Assembly (NCBI GenBank): GCA_024743175.1
Contig: JANSXA010000001.1
Coordinates: 521,656 to 585,655 of the forward strand
Direction of reading: 5' to 3'
Length of the DNA stretch: 64,000 nucleotides
From: Pseudomonadaceae bacterium
GTDB taxonomy: Bacteria > Pseudomonadota > Gammaproteobacteria > Pseudomonadales > Azotimanducaceae
Shown here: piece after piece, positions 36,025-45,212 of the stretch
Layout of the letters: each line of letters starts with the position of its first letter
Numbering within the stretch: the stretch's first letter is position 1
Translations under genes and position numbers: made by a program
Notes under the pieces: model-generated
What the model was told of the DNA's origin: nothing
Seen by the model: the letters and a program-made list of their open reading frames with translations, nothing else
Databases searched by the model: none

Positions 36025-37299
36025 TCAGTCAAAGCCTTCAACGCGAATTCGTACAATTTCACCGGCTACCTGCGGCAGCTCTCTGACTTCATCCATGGCT
36101 GCCTCTATGTCAGCTTCGCTACTCATCTGCGTCAGCATGACAATGGCAACCGTGGTCTGACCCGCTTTCGGTTCTTTCTGTATTGCCGCCTCGATGCTGA
36201 TGCCATGCTGGGACAATGCCTGGGCAACACGCGCAAACACACCAGGCTCATCCTTGGTCGGGATTCGCAGATAGTTGCCGCTGCGTACCTGTGCCATAGG
36301 TAGAATGGGTACACTGGAAACTTCTGCGCCAGCGGATGCAATGCGCATGTTGGACCCTTTACGTTGCGCCAGCGATACCACATCGCTGAGCACTGCTGAG
36401 GCGGTTGCGCTACCACCCGCACCTGGACCGCTGTACAGCGTATCACCGGCGGCGTCACACTTGACCAGCACCGCATTCATAACGCCATCAACATGCGCCA
36501 GAAGCTGACTGTTGGGTACAAGTGTTGGGTGCACTCGAGCCTCTATGCCTTCGTCTACCTGGCGCGCGATGCCCAGGTGTTTGATGCGATAGCCCAATTC
36601 ATCCGCATAACGAATGTCATCCGCGGTGACCTGAGCAATACCTTCGATGTGCAGCTGCGCAAAATTGAACGGCTGATCGAAGGCCAGCGCCAGCAGGATG
36701 GCCAGCTTATGAGCCGCATCAATACCTTCCACGTCAAAGGTTGGGTCAGCTTCGGCATAACCCAGTTCCTGAGCGCGGACTAACGCATCTGCGAAGCTGG
36801 CACCCTCTTCTTTCATCGCGGTAAGGATGTAGTTGCAGGTGCCGTTGATGATGCCCATGACATGTTCAAACCGATTCGCAATCAGGCCACGCTCTATGCT
36901 GGAAATAATCGGGATTGCACCGGCAACCGCTGCTTCAAAACCAATCGTGTTACGCAAATCCTGAAGTTCATTGCCGTGTTTTGCGATAACCGCTTTATTG
37001 GCTGTTACTACAAGCTTATCGGCACGTACAGCCGCGTTGATCAGATCCAGGGCTGCTTCTTCCCCGCCAATCAGCTCAATCACCATGTCCACGTCGTCTG
37101 CCAACAGACTGTCGAGGTCGGTAGAAAAGCTTGCACCCAACAAATCTATCTCAGGTTTTGGTGTTCGGCTGGCAACCCGGGTGACCACCAGCTCCACGCC
37201 ACCACGCGCGGCGATCAGCGACTGGCGCTGAGCGATAATCTCCAGGACGCCGCAAGCAACGGTGCCAAGGCCGGCGATGCCCAATCGAATCTGCTGCAT
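36025..37299 (-). CDS. hom: Homoserine dehydrogenase with ACT domain
   Basis: GLGTV, VTANKA, FEAAVAGAIP, GIINGT.NYIL, GYAEADPTFDVEG.D motifs. Confidence 0.96.
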   Translation of the reverse strand: MQQIRLGIAGLGTVACGVLEIIAQRQSLIAARGGVELVVTRVASRTPKPEIDLLGASFSTDLDSLLADDVDMVIELIGGEEAALDLINAAVRADKLVVTANKAVIAKHGNELQDLRNTIGFEAAVAGAIPIISSIERGLIANRFEHVMGIINGTCNYILTAMKEEGASFADALVRAQELGYAEADPTFDVEGIDAAHKLAILLALAFDQPFNFAQLHIEGIAQVTADDIRYADELGYRIKHLGIARQVDEGIEARVHPTLVPNSQLLAHVDGVMNAVLVKCDAAGDTLYSGPGAGGSATASAVLSDVVSLAQRKGSNMRIASAGAEVSSVPILPMAQVRSGNYLRIPTKDEPGVFARVAQALSQHGISIEAAIQKEPKAGQTTVAIVMLTQMSSEADIEAAMDEVRELPQVAGEIVRIRVEGFD

Positions 37300-37310
37300 T
37301 GTCTGGTCGC

Positions 37311-38063
37311 CTAATTCAGACCGATCGCTTCTGCCAATGCGGCAGCTGGCATATAACCCGGTAACAGGCGGCCATCAGCAGTTACAATGGCCGGCGTGCC
37401 CGTCACGCCCACCTTACGGCCCAGATCGTACTGTTCAGCAATCGGGTTTTTGCAGTCTTTCATATCAATATTCATGCCGGATTTCAGAGCGGTGAGTGCT
37501 TCGGTGGGTTCATCGGCACACCAGGCAGATACTATTTTTGCATGGGTTGGTGTACCCAGGCCGCCACGCGGGTAACCCAGATATCGCACTTCAATGCCCA
37601 GAGCGTTAATGTCGGCGATTTCCTGATGTAGTTTTCGACAGTAGCCACAATCAACGTCAGTGAAGACACTGATATAAGATTTGGTTTCACCGGCTGGACT
37701 GAACACCACCATATTCTCCAGCGGCTCAGCCTCCAGCAGCGCCCGCCTTTTTGTCATGCGCCGGGTTTCTGCAAGATTCTCAACTTCAGAAGTCAGTCGA
37801 TACATGTCTCCGGAGAACAGATACTCGCCATCAGCACTGCCATAAAGATTCTGTCCACCTTCCAGCTCAACCACAAAAAAACCTGCCATCGGGGTGGCTA
37901 CAACAGATTCGATGGGCAGGTCTGGCAGCAGTTCTGCAAGTTTTGCCATAAGCTTGTCGCTGCCTTCGGGGTACGGCTGAGCCGCAGCAGAAAAAGGCGT
38001 GGCAACCAGCAAACTCAAACCAAGACTTGCTGCAATTACCAGGTTCAGGGATTTACTGTTCAC
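37311..38063 (-). CDS. dsbC: Thiol:disulfide isomerase DsbC
   Basis: Signal peptide, FTDVDCGYC, GVTGTP; downstream of xerD. Confidence 0.95.
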   Translation of the reverse strand: MNSKSLNLVIAASLGLSLLVATPFSAAAQPYPEGSDKLMAKLAELLPDLPIESVVATPMAGFFVVELEGGQNLYGSADGEYLFSGDMYRLTSEVENLAETRRMTKRRALLEAEPLENMVVFSPAGETKSYISVFTDVDCGYCRKLHQEIADINALGIEVRYLGYPRGGLGTPTHAKIVSAWCADEPTEALTALKSGMNIDMKDCKNPIAEQYDLGRKVGVTGTPAIVTADGRLLPGYMPAAALAEAIGLN

Positions 38064-38102
38064 GTGTCGTTCATTCCTTTCGGCTATCGGGTATTGCTTG
38101 CT

Positions 38103-39008
38103 TCACCCGCGAGGGTGATGTGTACGTACTAGATTCTGCAGTCGCTGCTGGGCTATGTGCGTGTAGATCTGAGTTGTAGAGAGATCACTGTGGCCCAACA
38201 TCATCTGCACTGCACGCAGGTCAGCGCCATTATCCACTAGATGAGTGGCAAAAGCATGGCGTAATGTGTGCGGTGACACCGTTGTCGGGATGCCCGCAAC
38301 GAGCGCATATCGCTTTATCGCATGCCAGAATGTCTGCCGGGTCATCTGCTGGCCGCGGCGACTCGGGAACAGCACACTGCCGGCTTCTCCGAGAAGTTCG
38401 TCACGCGCCGCCTGCAGATATCTGCGCAACCACAGTAGACTGGTCTCACCCATGGGTACCAGACGTTCTTTGCCACCTTTACCGGTCACTCGAACTACAC
38501 CCTGGCGCTGGTTGATACTTGTGAGTTGCAGCGAAATCAGTTCTGAAATGCGCAGACCGGTGGCATACAGGACCTCAAGCATCGCCCTGTCACGCAGACC
38601 CAGAGCAGTTTCGACATCTGGCGCAGCCAGCAGCGCTTCAACCTGCGCAGCTGAAATAACCAGCGGTAGAGCCCGTCCGGTTTTAGGGTGCGCAAGCAAC
38701 GCTGTAGGATCCTCAGCAAGTACCTCTCTGAGCAACTGATGCCGATAAAAGCCCCGCAGCGCGCTCAAACTGCGCGCCGCACTTCGGCTGGCGATACCCT
38801 GACTGAAACGCTGCGCAATATATTCCATAAGATCTGATGATCGTGCGTTGAGCAGATCTCGCCCACGGGGCAGCAACCACTTCTGCACATTCTGCAGATC
38901 ACGGCGATAGGCAGCCAGCGTATGCTCGCTGAGACCTCTTTCTAACCACATGGCGTCTAGGTAAGTGCTGATAACCTCATCTGGCGAGGACACGGCAACT
39001 GCTTCCAA
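38103..39008 (-). CDS. xerD: Tyrosine recombinase XerD
   Basis: LYATGLRISEL, GKGGKERLVP, HTLRHAFATHL, LGHSDLSTTQIY motifs; xerD-dsbC synteny. Confidence 0.97.
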   Translation of the reverse strand: MEAVAVSSPDEVISTYLDAMWLERGLSEHTLAAYRRDLQNVQKWLLPRGRDLLNARSSDLMEYIAQRFSQGIASRSAARSLSALRGFYRHQLLREVLAEDPTALLAHPKTGRALPLVISAAQVEALLAAPDVETALGLRDRAMLEVLYATGLRISELISLQLTSINQRQGVVRVTGKGGKERLVPMGETSLLWLRRYLQAARDELLGEAGSVLFPSRRGQQMTRQTFWHAIKRYALVAGIPTTVSPHTLRHAFATHLVDNGADLRAVQMMLGHSDLSTTQIYTHIAQQRLQNLVRTHHPRG

Positions 39009-39127
39009 AAAGATAATACTGAATCACGATTTTAGTCCGAAAGTGACACAGATTGACACGCCGGGACGGCGGTTCTTTCGAGTTTCAGCGCGCGGGGCGG
39101 GCTCATCCGGATACCCAAATTCAGATT

Positions 39128-39140
39128 TAACTTATTGAAT
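39128..39140. promoter_or_regulatory. IHF-like site (ATTCAATAAGTTA on the minus strand; one mismatch to WATCAANNNNTTR)
   Basis: In an AT-rich tract about 50-65 bp upstream of a sigma54 motif. Confidence 0.55.
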
Positions 39141-39191
39141 TTTAAAGATATTTATTTATAAGGCGTGAAAAAGGATGGGTTAGCGTAAAGT

Positions 39192-39207
39192 TGGCACGGG
39201 ACATGCA
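39192..39207 (+). promoter_or_regulatory. Sigma54 -24/-12 promoter TGGCACG-GGAC-ATGCA
   Basis: GG(39193-4)-N10-GC(39205-6) with the TGGCACG consensus; no ORF downstream on this strand. Confidence 0.7.
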
Positions 39208-39217
39208 GCTTAGAAAG

Positions 39218-39430
39218 CGAGCTTCAATGCAGTATGTCACCGTCCCCCCGACATATTGGAGCACCGCAGCTGAACGGACGTCTCTCCCGTGATGCTGACC
39301 AGCTTGCTAAGCGATCTCTCTCCCCCTCTCTCCCAAGCTTAGCAAGCTGGCTCTATTTCTAAAGCCTCCTGCTCTCTCCATCTTTCCCGATATTCTGGGT
39401 CAGATTTCAGGGGTAGAGAGATTGCCTAAA
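39218..39430 (+). ncRNA. Candidate sRNA with 3-4 hairpins bearing CU-rich loops
   Basis: Stems 39230-38/39250-58, 39274-77/39287-90 and a perfect 14-bp 39299-312/39337-350; loops ACCGTCCCCCC, ACGTCTCTC and GATCTCTCTCCCCCTCTCTCCCAA. Confidence 0.6.
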
Positions 39431-39435
39431 GCAGT

Positions 39436-39789
39436 CTACTTGATCTTTTCTTTGATTCGCGCAGCCCGACCTGACAGTTCACGCAGATAGTACAACTTCG
39501 CCTGGCGCACATCACCGCGTCGCTTCACTTCAATACTGGCAATCAGTGGGCTGTGGGTCTGGAACGTACGCTCAACGCCAACGCCATGGGAAATCTTCCG
39601 CACAACAAAGGCTGAGTTCAGGCCGCGGCTTTTAATGCCAATAACAACGCCTTCAAAGGCCTGCAGACGCTCACGATCACCCTCTTTGACTCGGACCTGG
39701 ACACTGATGGTATCGCCAGGTGCAAACTCAGGGATGTCCTGATTCAGCTGGTCGTTCTCAATCTCTTCAATGATTTTATTTTTACGCAT
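39436..39789 (-). CDS. rplS: 50S ribosomal protein L19
   Basis: [33 protein letters not shown] motifs; ATG 39789 with GAGG RBS. Confidence 0.98.
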   Translation of the reverse strand: MRKNKIIEEIENDQLNQDIPEFAPGDTISVQVRVKEGDRERLQAFEGVVIGIKSRGLNSAFVVRKISHGVGVERTFQTHSPLIASIEVKRRGDVRQAKLYYLRELSGRAARIKEKIK

Positions 39790-39797
39790 GTTAAGCC

Positions 39798-40568
39798 TCA
39801 CTGCTTTTTCGTAGTGTTCTGCTGTTCTTTCGATGCGGCAAAACACGCTGTTAACAACTTTCTGTCCGCATCAGAGAATACTCGTCGTATGAGCATGTCC
39901 GGGCGCTGATGGAAAGTTCGTTGTAACGCCTCCCGGCGTCGATATTCAAATATTCTCTGGTGGTCACCACTGAGCAGAACGTCAGGCACGCTGCCTTCGG
40001 CGGTATCCACGGGGCGCGTATAGTGAGGGTAATCGAGCGTTCCATCAAGATGTGATTCGTCAATTATTGACAAAGAATTACCTAACGTACCGGGAATATG
40101 TCGCGCAATCGCATCACAGACCACAAGCGCAGCTAATTCACCGCCGCTGAGTACATAGTCACCAATAGACCAGCGCTCATCCACATAGTGATCGACAAAG
40201 CGCTGATCCAGACCCTCGTAGCGCCCACAGACGATGATCAGGCTGCCTGTCTGGCTTTCCTGTACCGCCGTTGCCTGCTGGAAAACCTCGCCCTGGGGGT
40301 CCATGAGCACCACCTTCGGCGTATCCGGGGCCGCGGCTCGAGCCGCTTCCAGTGCTGACACCAGCGGTGCCGTCATCATCACCATGCCGGCACCCCCGCC
40401 ATAGGGACGATCATCAATCGTACGGTGTTTATCTTTCGCAAAATCGCGTGGGTTAAAGGTCTGCAGCTGCAGGCTGCCGGCTTCCAGAGCACGAGCAAAA
40501 ACCCCACCACTGCGTGCTGCATCGATCAGTTCCGGTAATACGGAAATAATCCCTAACCACATGGCCAC
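39798..40568 (-). CDS. trmD: tRNA (guanine-N1)-methyltransferase
   Basis: [31 protein letters not shown] motifs. Confidence 0.98.
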   Translation of the reverse strand: MAMWLGIISVLPELIDAARSGGVFARALEAGSLQLQTFNPRDFAKDKHRTIDDRPYGGGAGMVMMTAPLVSALEAARAAAPDTPKVVLMDPQGEVFQQATAVQESQTGSLIIVCGRYEGLDQRFVDHYVDERWSIGDYVLSGGELAALVVCDAIARHIPGTLGNSLSIIDESHLDGTLDYPHYTRPVDTAEGSVPDVLLSGDHQRIFEYRRREALQRTFHQRPDMLIRRVFSDADRKLLTACFAASKEQQNTTKKQ

Positions 40569-40569
40569 A

Positions 40570-41097
40570 TCACCAGTCCTGCTCCCACTGCACCGTTATC
40601 CGACGGGTTTCCAGATCGACCTGTTCTACATAGGGATCTACAAAGGGGATCAGCAGCTGTGGTTCCAGACCTTTCACTACCAGCACATCATGGACACCGG
40701 TTTCCATCAGATGATCCACCACACCTAACACCTGGTTGTGCTGATTGATGACTTCGCAACCCGTCAGGTCCTGCCAGTAGAATTCGTCTGCATCTGTTGT
40801 GGTGTTGAACGCAGCCCGCATCACGCCGATGAGAGTGCCCGTCAGCACCGCAGCCTGATCGCGATCTGTGACCCCTTCAAATCCCGCTACAAAGCCCTTT
40901 TTGTGCGGCCGGATACGGTGGGATGGCGATTTCTGCCAGCCGGATGCAGCCGATGCCTGCAGCAGCCAGGGTTCGTAAGACAGCAGATTTTCCAGTGGCT
41001 GAGTAAAAGACTGGACATTGACCCAGCCTTTGATGCCATAGGGGGCGCCGATGCGCCCCACCACAATGACCCTGTCGGCAGTATCCGCGACGGGCAT
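40570..41097 (-). CDS. rimM: Ribosome maturation factor RimM
   Basis: GRIGAPYGIKGWV, EFYWQDL.GC, LIPFV motifs. Confidence 0.96.
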   Translation of the reverse strand: MPVADTADRVIVVGRIGAPYGIKGWVNVQSFTQPLENLLSYEPWLLQASAASGWQKSPSHRIRPHKKGFVAGFEGVTDRDQAAVLTGTLIGVMRAAFNTTTDADEFYWQDLTGCEVINQHNQVLGVVDHLMETGVHDVLVVKGLEPQLLIPFVDPYVEQVDLETRRITVQWEQDW

Positions 41098-41115
41098 GAG
41101 AGGGGATTAAAGCGT

Positions 41116-41379
41116 TTAAGCAGCAGCCGCGGGAGCGGCTTTTCGTGCCTGCTTGATCAGCTTTTTAACGACGTCTGATGGCTGAGCGCCGACCGACATC
41201 CAGTAATCAACGCGGTCGAGATCCAGCCTCAATGACTCGGATTGACCTTTTGCCAGCGGGTTGTAAAAACCCAGTCGTTCTACAAAGCGACCATCGCGAC
41301 TCTCTGAGCGATCTGCCACCGTAATGTGGTAGAAGGGGCTTTTTTTGGAGCCGTGACGGGCCAGACGAATTGATACCAT
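41116..41379 (-). CDS. rpsP: 30S ribosomal protein S16
   Basis: [28 protein letters not shown] motifs. Confidence 0.98.
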   Translation of the reverse strand: MVSIRLARHGSKKSPFYHITVADRSESRDGRFVERLGFYNPLAKGQSESLRLDLDRVDYWMSVGAQPSDVVKKLIKQARKAAPAAAA

Positions 41380-41519
41380 GTGTTGCTCTGTCTACTTTAA
41401 AGTTAAATCGAAAGTGTGAAATTTCAGGCGGCGTATTCTATAGCAGGTCTTTTAGAATGCAAGCGCACAAGATTGCACCCTGCAGCCCCCCTGCTGCCTC
41501 CGATCAGCGTGTATAATGT

Positions 41520-42887
41520 CTATCTACGAGGCATACCCGGCGGCGGTTTCATGCCCTGCAAGCCGCGCATCATTTTCTGCATGCCGCCTTTTTTTGACAC
41601 CTTCTTCATCATCTTCTGCATCTGTTTATGCTGTTTGAGCAGACGATTAACATCCGGCACTTCAGTGCCGCTGCCTTTTGCTATTCGCTGTTTGCGTGAG
41701 CCATTAATGACATCCGGAAAGCGGCGTTCATGCGCGGTCATGGAATCAATGATGACTCCCATGCGTTTGAACAAACCGTCGTCAAGCTGGGCCTGGGCAC
41801 CGGGTGGCAACTGTCCCGCGCCTGGCAGCTTATCTAACATACTGGATATACCGCCCATGTTCGCCATCTGATCAATCTGATCGCGAAAATCTTCGAGGTC
41901 GAATTTGCGCCCACGGGTGATTTTCTTGGCAAGCTTCTGGGCCTTGGCTTTATCAACTTTGCGTTCCGCTTCTTCGATCAGCGAGAGCACGTCACCCATA
42001 CCCAGAATACGCGAGGCCAGACGATCAGGATAAAAGGGTTCCAGGGCATCGGATTTCTCACCCATACCGAGGAATTTAATGGGTTTGCCGGTGATGGCTC
42101 GTACCGACAGTGCAGCACCACCGCGGGCGTCACCATCAGCTTTAGCTAACACCACACCCGTTAACGTGAGCGCCTGGTTAAACGCCTGGGCGGTATTGGC
42201 GGCATCCTGGCCGGTCATTGCATCGACGACAAACAGGGTTTCAACCGGCTGCAAGGATTCCTGCAGGCTGCGAATCTCACCCATCATCGCTTCGTCTACA
42301 GCCAGCCGCCCCGCTGTGTCGACAATCAGAACATCAGCAAACTGTTTTTTTGCTTCAGCTACCGCACGCTCTGCAATAGCCAGCGGCGCTTCATCCGCTG
42401 TAGATTCAATAAAATGGGCTTTAACTTCTCCCGCCAGGGTCTGCAACTGTGCAATGGCTGCCGGTCGATAGACATCGGCGCTGACCACAGCGACTTTTTT
42501 CTTTTCCCGCTCATTCAGATATCGGGCCAGTTTTGCGACTGTGGTGGTTTTACCTGCACCCTGCAGACCTGCCATCAGAATGATCACCGGCGGCGCTGCT
42601 GCCAGATTCAGAGCATCGTTCGCATCACCCATGGTGTGCACAAGTTCGTCGTGCACTATTTTGACAAACTGTTCACCGGGGTTCAGCGCATTGGATATCA
42701 CCGTACCCAGTGCTTTGGTTTTGACCTGCTCGATAAACGTTTTCACGACCGGCAACGCAACGTCTGCCTCTAACAGCGCCATGCGCACATCACGCAAGGC
42801 ATCGCTGACGTTTTCTTCCGAGAGCTTGGCGCGACCGGAGATACCGCGCAGGGTTTGGGTTAATTTATCGGAGAGATTTTCGAACAT
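41520..42887 (-). CDS. ffh: Signal recognition particle protein Ffh
   Basis: GLQGAGKTTT, DTAGR, DGDARGGAALS motifs; Met-rich C-terminus. Confidence 0.98.
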   Translation of the reverse strand: MFENLSDKLTQTLRGISGRAKLSEENVSDALRDVRMALLEADVALPVVKTFIEQVKTKALGTVISNALNPGEQFVKIVHDELVHTMGDANDALNLAAAPPVIILMAGLQGAGKTTTVAKLARYLNEREKKKVAVVSADVYRPAAIAQLQTLAGEVKAHFIESTADEAPLAIAERAVAEAKKQFADVLIVDTAGRLAVDEAMMGEIRSLQESLQPVETLFVVDAMTGQDAANTAQAFNQALTLTGVVLAKADGDARGGAALSVRAITGKPIKFLGMGEKSDALEPFYPDRLASRILGMGDVLSLIEEAERKVDKAKAQKLAKKITRGRKFDLEDFRDQIDQMANMGGISSMLDKLPGAGQLPPGAQAQLDDGLFKRMGVIIDSMTAHERRFPDVINGSRKQRIAKGSGTEVPDVNRLLKQHKQMQKMMKKVSKKGGMQKMMRGLQGMKPPPGMPRR

Positions 42888-42955
42888 GAATCTTTACGCG
42901 TTGATTTGCGGAGCCCGTATTATAGCCATATCGGTCCTGTTCGACTAAGCGCTTA

Positions 42956-43864
42956 ATGCTTCAAGAGCAGGGTTTGATGTGCCAAACTGCAGCATATAGA
43001 CCAAATGAGCTCACACTGCTTGAGTATCGACATTTTCCCAGCGCACATTCCTGTAGCCCTTTCGGGACGCTCACCGTGACACTGACCGCCTCAATTGCCG
43101 CCATTGCATTGTACTGCGCTGGCCTGCACCTGCGTTGGCGTCAACGCGAACAAACCGTACCCAACCGAGTGACCCTGGCAATCACGCTGGGCGCGCTGAC
43201 GTGTCATGGGTTTGCCGCTTTCACTCTGATCAACAGCAGCTACGGCCTCGACCTCAGCGTGGTGCCCGTCAGTGTCCTGGTGGCTTTCATTATTGTTGCC
43301 GTGGTCGCCGTCGCCAACATTCGTCTCCCGGTCGAAAACCTCTATCTGTTCCTTTTCCCGATTTCCATTGTGGTTTTACTCGCAGCTAATCTTATTGAAC
43401 CCGGTGGAGAACCACTGGATAGCCTCTCTGGCGGCCTGCTACCGCACATTCTATTGTCCCTGGCGGCTTACAGCGTACTCATGATGACCGCCTGCCAGTC
43501 GATTCTGCTGGCGTTGCAGGAAAGACGACTACGCCATCCCGGCGAACAGGCTTTTACCATCCTGCCTCCGCTGGAAACCATGGAAAGGCTGCACCTGGTC
43601 ATGTTGTGGATTGGCCTGAGTCTGTTATCCGCTTCTATCTTGAGCGGCTTTGTATTTCTTGAAGATGTTTTTGCGCGCCAGGTGTTGCATCACGTGGTGC
43701 TGACCTCGTTAGCGTGGCTGGTTTACCTCGTATTTCTCAGTGGCCACTACCTTTACGGCTGGCGGGGTATGACATCGGTAAAGTGGAGTCTGAGTGGGTT
43801 CAGTTTGCTGTTGCTGGGGTATCTGGGCAGTAAGTTTGTCGTGGAGTATCTGTTAACCAGATAA
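42956..43864 (+). CDS. Cytochrome c assembly (CcsA/YpjD) family inner-membrane protein (true start probably near GTG 43076)
   Basis: PHI.LSL.AYS, LPPLETMERL, H..LT..AW..Y, Y.GSKFV.E motifs; divergent from ffh. Confidence 0.88.
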   Translation: MLQEQGLMCQTAAYRPNELTLLEYRHFPSAHSCSPFGTLTVTLTASIAAIALYCAGLHLRWRQREQTVPNRVTLAITLGALTCHGFAAFTLINSSYGLDLSVVPVSVLVAFIIVAVVAVANIRLPVENLYLFLFPISIVVLLAANLIEPGGEPLDSLSGGLLPHILLSLAAYSVLMMTACQSILLALQERRLRHPGEQAFTILPPLETMERLHLVMLWIGLSLLSASILSGFVFLEDVFARQVLHHVVLTSLAWLVYLVFLSGHYLYGWRGMTSVKWSLSGFSLLLLGYLGSKFVVEYLLTR

Positions 43865-43894
43865 GCGAACGGAGATGTTGGAGATTTTCAGAGA

Positions 43895-45184
43895 TTGAAC
43901 GGCGAAGAATTTCCCGTATGGGTGCTGTTAAGCAGCATTGTGGTCTTAACCTTTTTGTCGGCATACTTTTCCGGCACGGAGACCGCAATGATGGCGCTGA
44001 ACCGCTATCGTCTTAAACACCTGGTCAAGCAACGCCACAAAGGTGCCCGTAAAGCCAACCGTATGTTGCGTCGCCCTGATCGTCTCCTGGGCGTTATTCT
44101 GGTGGGCAATAATCTGGTTAATTTCTCTGCCGCCACCATTGCGACAGTTATTGGTCTGCGCCTGTACGGTGACACTGGAGTGCTGCTGGCACCCTGGGTG
44201 CTGACGATCACGTTCCTGATTTTTGCAGAGGTGGCGCCAAAAACTCTGGCTGCATTGCACCCTGAAAGCTGGTCATTCCGCTCAGTTTATGTGCTGCAAC
44301 CGCTCCTCAAACTGCTCTACCCGGTGGTCGCGTTCATCAACTGGTTCAGCAACGCGTTGGTACGCTTGTTTTCCCCAAGCCAGGGTGAAGATAACGAAAA
44401 CCTCTCCACCGAAGAACTCAAAACCGTTGTCAACGAAGGCGCTGTTTCGGTTGGCGAGCGTCAGAGCATGATGGTCCGCCTGCTGGACCTTGAGTCTGTT
44501 ACCGTTAACGACATCATGGTGCCACGCAGCGAAATTGTTGGCATCGATATCGAGGCGGAAATCAACGACATCCTGGATGCAGCAGCAACCAGCCAGCACA
44601 CGTTGCTGCCCATCTACAAAGAGTCTATAAACAATGTGCTGGGCATCCTGCATCTGCGACGCATGGCTCGACTGGTGACCATCGACGACTTTACCAAAGC
44701 CGATCTGATGCAGTTAACACGTGAACCTTACTTTGTGCCTGAAGCAACCCCTCTGCATACTCAGCTGTTGAACTTTCAGAAGGAAAAACAGCGCATAGCC
44801 ATGGTGGTTGATGAATATGGCGACGTGCAGGGCATTGTTACACTGGAAGATATTCTGGAAGAAATTGTTGGCGAGTTTACCAGCGATTATGCCTCCAATA
44901 TGGCGGAAATATCGCCACAGGAAGATGATGCTTATGTCATAGACGGGTCCGCAGTGGTCCGCGAGATTAATCGCGCGTTACATTGGGAGCTGCCGCTGAC
45001 CGGCCCGCGCACCCTGAATGGCCTGGTGCTTGAATACCTGGAAACAATTCCAGAATCCAACCTGTGTATACAGATAGATGAATATCAGATCGAAACGCTG
45101 CAGATTAACGACAATATGATCAAGAATCTGAAAATCCGCCGGCTTGAACCGTTCAAGCCGGTGGATCATGAGGAAGAAGACTAG
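43895..45184 (+). CDS. HlyC/CorC (YfjD-like) CNNM-CBS domain protein
   Basis: FSGTETAMM, IL.GNNLVN, EVAPKTLA, VVDEYGD..G.VTLEDILEEIVG motifs. Confidence 0.93.
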   Translation: MNGEEFPVWVLLSSIVVLTFLSAYFSGTETAMMALNRYRLKHLVKQRHKGARKANRMLRRPDRLLGVILVGNNLVNFSAATIATVIGLRLYGDTGVLLAPWVLTITFLIFAEVAPKTLAALHPESWSFRSVYVLQPLLKLLYPVVAFINWFSNALVRLFSPSQGEDNENLSTEELKTVVNEGAVSVGERQSMMVRLLDLESVTVNDIMVPRSEIVGIDIEAEINDILDAAATSQHTLLPIYKESINNVLGILHLRRMARLVTIDDFTKADLMQLTREPYFVPEATPLHTQLLNFQKEKQRIAMVVDEYGDVQGIVTLEDILEEIVGEFTSDYASNMAEISPQEDDAYVIDGSAVVREINRALHWELPLTGPRTLNGLVLEYLETIPESNLCIQIDEYQIETLQINDNMIKNLKIRRLEPFKPVDHEEED

Positions 45185-45212
45185 CTTCCGGACACCCCTG
45201 CCAGAGCCATTA

